In this document: positions 58,403 through 64,000 of the stretch, in pieces
Layout: every line of letters begins with the position of its first letter
Position numbering within the stretch: position 1 is the stretch's first letter
Assembly (NCBI GenBank): GCA_965112735.1
Contig: OZ218963.1
Location: forward strand, 744,001 to 808,000
Source: Phaeosaccion multiseriatum
Taxonomy: Eukaryota; Protista; Ochrophyta, other classes
DNA length: 64,000 bases
Direction: 5' to 3'
Translations under genes and position numbers: made by a program
Notes under the pieces: model-generated
The model's input: only the letters and a program-made list of their open reading frames with translations
Databases searched by the model: none
Told to the model about the DNA's origin: nothing

Positions 58403-59279
58403 CTAAGGGCAGGGAGAGTAGCACAAGCTCCCAACGGCCTTAGACTAGCTACACCGATCGCTCTTTCCTTCTATCCAATCGAATCCAAGTAAGTCTGGCT
58501 ACTCGCTCCACACCAGCCAGCCAGGCCGTATCGGACACGTGCTGATTGGCTACTATTGGCTGGCAGCGCATGTGGGTAGGCACAGCTGCGCTCAGAGCGT
58601 CTGCCCACCGGGGGACCGAAAAGTCACTGACTTAAGAAGCGCTACAGTACATGGCAGGAGCCTGAAACTGAAACTGATGATTAACGGCTTGACTTCTTTA
58701 GCAGTAGAAAGTGGATTTAAGCAAAACAGTAGCAGCAGCAGTAGCAGCAGTAGTAGGAGCAGCCGAAGCAACAGCAGAAGAAGCACAGGAGAGGCGAAGC
58801 AACCCCTTTTCACCCACCTTGTGAGCGTCCAAGTGGGTAAACAACCACCGGAGCAAGAAGGCCCCCATCCCTCCTCGTCGTCTCTGGTGGGATCCGGGCG
58901 GGAATCGGGTGTACGGACGTGCAGCCATGATGATGTCACGGGCACGCACGGCCAAGACTGGAGTCACAGGTGAACGGCAGATGATCAGACGTGATGAAGA
59001 AGGGCGACAATTGCTGCCGCTGCTCATTGTTTACGTGACATGCCTTGCTTGAGCTTAGAGCTTCTTAGGGGTTAGAAGGGCTGCCTGAGGTGCCATGTCT
59101 GCGCTGCGACGGGGTCTATGGAATACGTCCATTGACTCTTTCAGGGGCAGAGGAGAGGAGGGGAGAGAGAGGGAGAGGCGTGGCATCCCTTCGGCCACAG
59201 TGGCAACAGGCTTCTCTTCAGTACGATTCGATTTGAATTCACGCGGCACCCTCCCCCCTGACGCGTACCCCACTCGCAG

Positions 59280-59780
59280 GCAAGAGCAAGGCCGCGGAGA
59301 AGAAGAAGATGCCAGGTCTGCTTGACTACGTTAGTAAGAGGGACTATACAGGAGCTCTGGCCCTGCTGGAGGTGAGAGGAGCACAGAGAGCCCAATCGAT
59401 TGAGCCATATGAGGAGCCCTCTATCATATGTGGCACAGGCATCTAGGGAGGGGGGGACGGGGAAGGGGGGGGGGGGAGGGAGGGAGGGAAAGGTAGGGAG
59501 GGAGGAAGGGAGGGAAGGCGAGGAAAACAGGGGGAGGAAGGAAGGAAGGGAGGATGAGGAGGAGAACGGGAGGACGAGAAAGGGAGGACGGGCAGCTTGC
59601 TACGCACCGTCAGTGTCAATCTGCCGCACCCCACTATTGCTACATCTACTGCTACCACTTCTACCACTTCTTCTGCCCACCACCATTACCACTACCAGTG
59701 CCACCACTACTACTGCCACTACTGCTACTACTGCTCCACTACTATTACGACTATTGCTACTACTACTGCTACTACTACTG

Positions 59781-59832
<52 letters not shown>

Positions 59833-60530
59833 CACTACTACTACTACTACTACTACTTCCACTACTACTCCTACTACTACTACTGTCCACCACTACCACT
59901 ACCACTACCAGCAGTACTGCTACTCCTTCTACTCCTACTACCTCCCCCCAGGGATCGTTGAGTCAATCCTTCTCCTCCACTCCCCCGTGCACTCTCTCAT
60001 CCACTGCCAGTCCTTGCTAACCAGCACCTTACATTCAACCCATCCCATCTGTACGTGAACACCCAGGCCCCGGCCGACCGACAGGTATCATCCTATAGCC
60101 TACCTAACTGTCTCTCTCCCGTCTCCTCCCTCCCTCCCTCCCTCCCTCTCTCCCTCTCTCCCTCGCTCCCTCGCTCCCTCCTCCTCCCCTCCCCCTGTCC
60201 CTGTCCCTCCTTCCCTCGCTCCTCCTCTCCCCCCGTCTTGTTCGATGTGTGTTTGCAGTTCAATAAGAAGACCGGAGAGGATGATGACTTGGAGACAACG
60301 CTCATGTGGATCGGCTATTGTGCTTTTCATGTGGGGCACTACCAAAGGGCCATCGATGCGTACACAGAAGTCGTCGCCATCGATGGTCCGAAGGAGGTGC
60401 ACTTGTTCCTGGCGTGTTGCTATTATTACCAGGGAATGTACACCGAGGCGGAGGAGGCTGGCCTCAAGGTCTGTGTGTGTGTTTGTGTGTGTGTGGGTGT
60501 GGGTGTGTGGGTGGGTGTGGGTGTGGGTGT

Positions 60531-60585
<55 letters not shown>

Positions 60586-63101
60586 TGTGTGTGTGTATGT
60601 GTGTGTGTGTATGTGCGTGTGTGTGTGTGTATGTGTGTGTATGTGCGTGTGTGGTTTATCTCCAATGCGTTAGACCCTGCCCACTTCCCGCTCTATGTGC
60701 GTGTGTGATTCATCTTCAATGCGTTAGACCCTGCCACTTCCCGCTCTATGTGCGTGTGTGGTTTATCTCCAATGCGTTAGACCCTGCCCACTTCCCGCTC
60801 ATCCATCCCCCGTCGCTTACGACTGCCACCAAATCCATCCCCCCCCCATCCACTGCCATCCACCTTCCCTCTTAGGGCCCGGAGAACCCCCTGCGCAACC
60901 GCGTACTCTTCCACGTGTCTCACAAATTGAATGACGAGAACAAGCTCATGCTCTACCACCAGGAAAGTGCAAGTTGAACTTGCAGTTGCACTTGAACTTT
61001 ATTGACCTTGCTCCCATTGCGATCGACACACGCTCTCAGAGATCACATGAATGCGCGAGTACCTCCTTCCATAGTCGCTCAGTCCAGAGTACAAAGGGGG
61101 GGTTACTTGTTGACGTAATCGGAATCACCGAAGAAAGTGAAAGGGGGGGGGGGGGGGGGGACTGCGAGCCCATATTACTACATCATGCACTTCTCGCTCT
61201 GCCCCCCCGGAGATGGGATCTTCCTCCCTCCCTCCCTCCTGCTCTGTTGTGTGTGCTTTGCTCTCTTCTCTTAGTCGCTTCCTCTTGCTCTTCTCTTACT
61301 GCTTCTTGTTTGCTCTCTGTGCGTGCACTCGAGCAGAAGCTTTCGGACACAAATGAGGATCAACTCTCTCTGGCGGGCATCCACTATCTCAGAAGTCACT
61401 TTCAGGAGGTGAGTGTGTTGGTGATACAGAGGACGGGGGGGGGAGGGAAGGGAGGGGATGGATGGACGGAGGGAGGGAGGGAGGGAGAGATGGAGAGTGG
61501 GAGGGGGAGGGAGGGAAAAGGAGGGAGTGGAGGAAGTGGAGGAAGCGGAGGGAGGAAGTGAAGGGAGAGAGGGTGGGGAAGGGACGCCCGTCCTGACACC
61601 CACCCACCCACCCACTACCCTGAAAACAACCCACCCACTACCCTGAAAACAACCCAACCTCTGTCCTTACACCCATCCTCTGTCCTGACACCTGCCCACC
61701 CAATTGTCCCGACCCCCACCTTCTGCCTCTCACTGCGGTCCGCTGCCATCCACTGCCACCCACTCCCATCCCTTGCCATCCACTGCCATCCCCTGCCATC
61801 CCCTGCCATCCCCTGCCATCCCCTGCCATCTATCCCCCCCCCCTTTTCCCTCATATATATGTATACATATACAGGCCACGGACATTTACAAGCGCCTCCT
61901 GCTGGAGAGCAGAGATGACTTGGCGCTGAATGTGTATGTGGCCATGTGCTATTACAAACTCGACTATTATGACGTCAGCCTGGAGATACTCTCCGTCTAT
62001 CTACAGGTGAAAGAGGAGGAGGGGGGAGGGTGGAAAGTCAATGGCTGGTTGGTGGGTAGTGGCTCAGTATGTGGATGGAAGGGTGGATGGGGTGGGTGGG
62101 GGGGTGGAGATTCTCCTTATTATGTAGGTACAGTACTTGTAAGGGAGGGAGGGTGGAAAGTTGTACATGTTCACGCGACTTACACTCTAGCACCTCCGTC
62201 CTCTTTCCTTCCTTCCTTCCTTCCTTCCTTCCTTCGTTCTTTCCATCCTTCCTTCCTTCCTTCCTTCGTTCTTTCCTTCCTTCCTTCCTTCCTTCCTTCG
62301 TTCTTTCCTTCCTTCTTTCGTTCTTTCCTTCCTTCCTTCCTTCTTTCCTTCTTTCCTTCCTTCCTTCCTTCCTCCCTTCCTTCCTTCCTTCGTTCGTTCT
62401 TTCCTTCTTTCCTCCGTCCCTTCCTTCCGTCCTTCATCCCCCCTTCCTTCTTTCTTTCCTTCCTCCCTTCCTTCGTCCGCTCCTTCCTTCCTTCCTTCCT
62501 TCCTGCCCCCTTCCTTCTTTCCTTCCTTCCTTCCTTCCCTCCTTCCTTCCTTCCTCCCTCCCTCCCCCCTTCCTTCGTCCGTTCCTTCCTTCCTTCCTTC
62601 CTTCCTGCCCCCCTCCTTCTTTCCTTCCTTCCTTCCTTCCTTCCTTCCTTCCTTCCCTCCTTCCTTCCTTCCTCCCTCCCTCCCCTCTTCCTTCTTTCCT
62701 TCCTCGCTTCATTCTTCCTTCTTTCCTCCTTTCCTTCCTCCCTTCCTTCCTTGTGCGTGCAATTTCTTATTTTTCTCGTATCTTATCTTATCTTATCTCA
62801 GGCATTTCCCGAGAGCGCAGTGGCAATCAACCTTAAATCCTGCAACCTCTTTCGACTGTACAACGGAAAGGTGGGTTGGCAGTGGAAGGAAGGGTGGGTG
62901 GGTGGGTGGGTGGGTAGCAGTGGATGGCAGTGGATGGCAGCAGAAATGAAATGAAGAATGGAAAGAAAACGGAACGGGATACTGGGCATGGGGCCTGGGT
63001 TCTCTCTCTTCGTGTTGGTTCTCTCTGTTAGTGTTGTCGACGCCCCTTCCCTGTGTATGCGTTCTTAATCTTCTTCTGATGATGATGATGATGATGATGA
63101 C

Positions 63102-63136
<35 letters not shown>

Positions 63137-63930
63137 CGATGACCCCTCTCTCTCCCTCTTCTCCCCCTCCCTCCCTCCCTCCCTCCCTCCCCAGGCGGCT
63201 GAGACGGAACTCAAGACGCTGGCTGAGCAGGGTCACAACCTCCAAACTAACGATCTCATTCGACATAACATGGTGGTCTTCGCCAGCGGTCAGGTGCGGT
63301 ATAGGGAGTGCCGGGGTAGTTGGAGGTTCAGGTGGTTTGTGTTTGTGTTTGTGTATGTTTGTTGTGAAGCGTGAATGGATTGGCCGATGGAAGGGTTCGA
63401 ATTGACGGACCCCTTAGGTCATGGTACCTCGTGAGAACGATACTTTGACATCGATGATCACTGCTCAATGCTTTTGTTACGGACAACATTATCGAACCGC
63501 TGTCTTCTCCCCCCCTTCCTCCCTCCCTCCCTTCCTCCCTCCCTCCCTCCCTCCCTGTCTGCCTGCCTGCCTGCCTCCCCCCTCCCTCCCTCCGTCCCTC
63601 GCTCCCTCCCCCCTCCTCCCCTACCTCCTCCCCTCCCTCCCCTCCTCCATCCATTCATCCCTCCCTCTCTCCCTCCCTGCCTCCCTCCTCCCCTCCCTCC
63701 CTGCCTCCCTCCTCCCCTCCCTCCCCTCCTCCATCCATTCATCCCTCCCTCCCTCCTCCCCTCCCTGCCTGCCTCCCTCCTCCCCTCCCTCCTCCCCTCC
63801 TCCATCCATTCATCCCTCCCTCCCTCCCTCCCTCCGAGCTCAGGGGGCTCAGAAGGTGCTTCCTTCCCTTGTGGACTTCATCCCTGAAGCCAGGCTCAAC
63901 CTCGTCATTCACCATCTCCGCAACGACCAG
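59280..63930 (+). CDS. IFT56: Intraflagellar transport protein 56 (TTC26/DYF-13), partial
   Basis: Exons ~59280-59371, 60259-60468, 60876-60962, 61337-61408, 61875-62006, 62802-62870, 63195-63293, 63844-63930. Motifs [64 protein letters not shown]. First exon unresolved; continues beyond the window. Confidence 0.93.
62205..62750. repeat. (TTCC)n microsatellite
   Basis: Direct reading; IFT56 intron. Confidence 0.95.
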
Positions 63931-64000
63931 GTACATGCAAATTGACACGCAAATTCATTCCTTAGGGCCTTGTGCAGTGCCCCCTTACAGGCTTGGGTGG

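Noticed and set aside
56814-58492. Poly-P/S/E/R/L ORFs
   Set aside because: Translations of stop-free (GAG)n tracts. The same applies to the CV, HT, PSL and TYLP ORFs elsewhere.

Overview
Intron-rich eukaryotic nuclear DNA, by inference from a flagellated stramenopile (ochrophyte) alga: it carries an EsV-1-7 repeat gene, a MASE1 histidine kinase and IFT56. The window has two compartments. (1) About 1-12 kb is accessory-like and poor in microsatellites. It holds a minus-strand secreted modular gene missed by the ORF track, which I rebuilt from tiny in-phase exons: signal peptide - Cys-rich/TSP3 module - permuted F-type-lectin-like domain - duplicated Cys-rich/TSP3 module - start of a third module. 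The two module copies are ~99% identical centrally, but one exon differs almost only by non-synonymous changes. This part also has an IRE1/PERK-like remnant, a truncated copia element with its 3' LTR and a CRE-like LINE end. (2) About 12.7-64 kb carries genes saturated with microsatellites: CstF-77, an ankyrin/WW protein, an EsV-1-7 protein, an eIF4B-like/W2 fusion, GMP synthase, a MASE1 hybrid histidine kinase and IFT56 (partial). The most unusual signals are a frame-independent 11-mer, GTTGGTGATAC, with at least 20 exact copies embedded in microsatellites of exons and introns; a second motif tied to GGGT tracts; a promoter-side MITE family; a probable GA-AG intron; and polarity of repeats along introns. 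All gene models are manual, read from splice signals and protein motifs; no database search was run.
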